The notes beneath the pieces are model-generated. The model made no database searches. It had not been told where the DNA came from and saw only the letters and a list, made by a program, of their open reading frames with translations. From Tubiluchus corallicola (lineage: Eukaryota > Animalia > Priapulida), in NCBI GenBank assembly GCA_030141605.1, contig JAQGDQ010000016.1, forward strand, positions 188,282-252,281: a stretch of 64,000 bases of DNA, given 5' to 3'. Positions 61,449-64,000 of this stretch are shown one piece after another. The position numbers were made by a program, and so were the translations under genes. Position 1 is the first letter of the stretch. The number at the start of each line of letters is the position of its first letter.

Positions 61449-64000
61449 CTGCAAAGTATAAAATACAAAACATTCAACATTTATGTAAACAGTAGACGTT
61501 TAAAAAGAAGTGCCATGCTGTCAAGTGCATTATTAAAGAACATAAATGACAATGTTAAAATTTGTTAGAGTTGTCACACATTTAACTACCCTGTTTCATA
61601 ATAGACCGACCAGAGGAATACAGTTGCATAAATAAGGAAATTCGTCATTAAAATATAATGTACTTTGACAAAATGGTATTTGAAAGTCAACAGTTTCATT
61701 TGATTCTAATATTTGACTCAATCTCTAAACAGTTGGAGTTCAAAGCAGCCTGCCATTGTTTTACAAAACTATAAAGTGTGTTTTATAGAGTCTAAAAACA
61801 AGCTGTAACTGGCATATAATATGCTTTCAAAAAAATAAATAACTCTTATATAAAAAAATTTAAGAAAGTAAAACGTCAAATTTTTCCATTTATTATATCT
61901 CTTCATAACAAAAAAAAACGTGAAATTCAAGTGCCCTTATCAAGTTTACAACGATCACTTCTAATAATAATAAACCAAATTCCTCAATAAGACCAATAAG
62001 AAAAAATATAACCCACCACCGTTAAAACTACTAATTAAAATGGTACCGACCACATATTTTCAGAAAGGCACAATTATTGACAAAGCTTTAACCACTAACA
62101 ATAGAAGATAAAGGAAAACTGCACTTCTCCCAAACACATTATTAGAAACTTATGACCAGCACCATCGTTTTTTTGTTATTTTTCTGAGTGCTAGTATATA
62201 AGTTTCATCGAGGTAGACAAATTTGTTAATGATTGTAGCAAGTGTGTTAAGGAAATACCTCCAAAATCTAGACAACTTACACATTATCAACTGACAATTA
62301 CCCACTTAAAAATTTATTTTTAAGTTTAAATAAAATCAGCAGAGCTTGTGAGCAGATTGGTCAGCAAATCAGCAACACAGCATAGAGAAAGTATATTTTA
62401 TTAATTATAAAGCTTGTGGCTCCCAAATATTCAGATTAATGATAGAAGCATTATTGACCGAAAATCTAATTGGAATAATAAACATCAAAACTAACAATAA
62501 ATGAAAAACTGGCTGAAATCTATTAATCTGCATAATACATTTCTAATTTTACCGTAATTCATTGTTAATCAATAAAACTATAGATAAGTAAATAAAATAA
62601 GAAAGAACTTAATAGCATTTCTGCACTAAAGACAAAATTGATTAAATGCTAGATGCACCAAGTTTGACATCACTCTACGAGTGATACTGGCTGCTTCCAA
62701 CAATGTGGTCTTGTGTTTTCATAGTGTTAACGCTGCATTTTTTTACCTGATTCGTGTGTTTATAGCAGCATGCTAGTAGTTTTGGATATGTCTTCTTGAA
62801 TTTGTGTAAGGAAAGCTTTTATTTATTTTGGTAACTTTACTATTTTGGTACATTACTGTTTAGTTAACTTATCTAATAATTAGTACCATTTTGGCTTGTC
62901 ATTGATTTAGCCGAATAATTTCATATATAATCTTAAATTGATATTATAGTGAATTCAAAATGTACCATACAGCACTTTTGGATTCATAAAGTTCAGTATG
63001 TTCTTTGAAGCATTCATTTGTGTTGTCACAGAATGAGACAAAAAACAATGGTGATAAGGAAAAAATGATAAAAAAATGTACAAGCTTAAAACAGGGGAAC
63101 TTTTATTTAAACTGAATCGTCCAGCATCCTACAATAAAACAAAAGGGAAAGATAATAACAAAATATTTCACAATAAGCTATGATACTAAAAGAACAGTGT
63201 AACAACGTACCGATAAGCAGTGGCGAATAGCACGTTGTGCACATTTTACTAATTCATATGAACAGCACTCTGTTTTCCCATTTTTTGACATTGTTGATTA
63301 TGATTACTAATTATCCTTTCTGGACTGTGGCCAAATTATAGTCTAAATACCAATTAATAGTCTTTGTTTGTGAAAACAAGTAAGTTATTGATGTTCAGTT
63401 TACCTTAATGTCATTTTTACATGACATTGAAAGTACCACAGATCAAAAGACCACAGAGTTGCCTTATAGTTTCAGAGCTTATTTGAGACTAGAAGCTTTC
63501 GGTCTTTCTACCTTAATCAGTCACAAAGTGTGTCACAGCCAACTTACTGCAAACTAGTTTCTGCTGTTGTTGTTACATTTATCTTTGAAAGTCACCACAG
63601 GCTACAGTTTTCATTGTATGAAGCCGAAATTCTGAAGACACTACGATCACTGAGCAGACCATAAAGGAGCCTGATTTTTCACATTTCCAACATATTCCTC
63701 AAATATTCCTGTTAAATGGATCTGTCCTACACATTGTTACATCATTATGGTTTTTTCACTCTAATGTATGAATTGATCAGCACCAACAATGCATAGTCTA
63801 AATTTTTATGAAAAAAATGGATTCACGACAATTGTAAATGCTTCCTGTAGCTTTCTGGTGAAAACCATCACTTTTACAACAAATGAACAAGTAGGACATG
63901 TCTGATCCAAGCACTTCAGTGCTTTCGTTCTAGTTTATTTGGATAATTAATACTATAGCACTTCAATATGAATTTGTTACAGTATGAATTACCGGAATGA

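Noticed and set aside
63211-63269. Possible upstream Cys-containing exon (CCSYELVKCAQRAIRHCLS)
   Set aside because: Its donor phase (0) does not match the phase-1 TIL exon, and it does not resemble the expected C8 domain end.

Overview
AT-rich eukaryotic (probably invertebrate animal) genomic DNA. Almost the whole window is the internal part of one very large minus-strand, multi-exon gene; neither the start nor the stop codon is in the window. Reading GT-AG boundaries by hand gives about 65 phase-compatible exons (about 20.6 kb CDS, about 6,900 aa). Domain order: TIL, TILa/VWC-like, 6x LDL-receptor class A, 2x F5/8 type C (discoidin), LDLa, about 17 more diverged discoidin-like domains, LDLa. 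This resembles an SCO-spondin/hemolectin/mucin-type secreted protein with a greatly expanded discoidin array. The core (about 17.4-41.2 kb, plus a related unit at 12-15 kb) is a recent tandem amplification of a 2.4-3.0 kb three-exon module. Each copy encodes one discoidin-like domain with a large insert in one loop: an acidic Pro/Ser/Glu block, 11-21 cationic Thr/Gly-rich 11-aa repeats, then a conserved KR|Q convertase-like site flanked by a co-varying Cys pair. Introns contain a 5'-truncated LINE with a 5-bp target-site duplication, a U6 snRNA 3' fragment, a tRNA-like SINE head, a 35-bp minisatellite, microsatellites, exon-fragment duplicates and a 100-N assembly gap. Domain calls come from motif recognition, not database searches.
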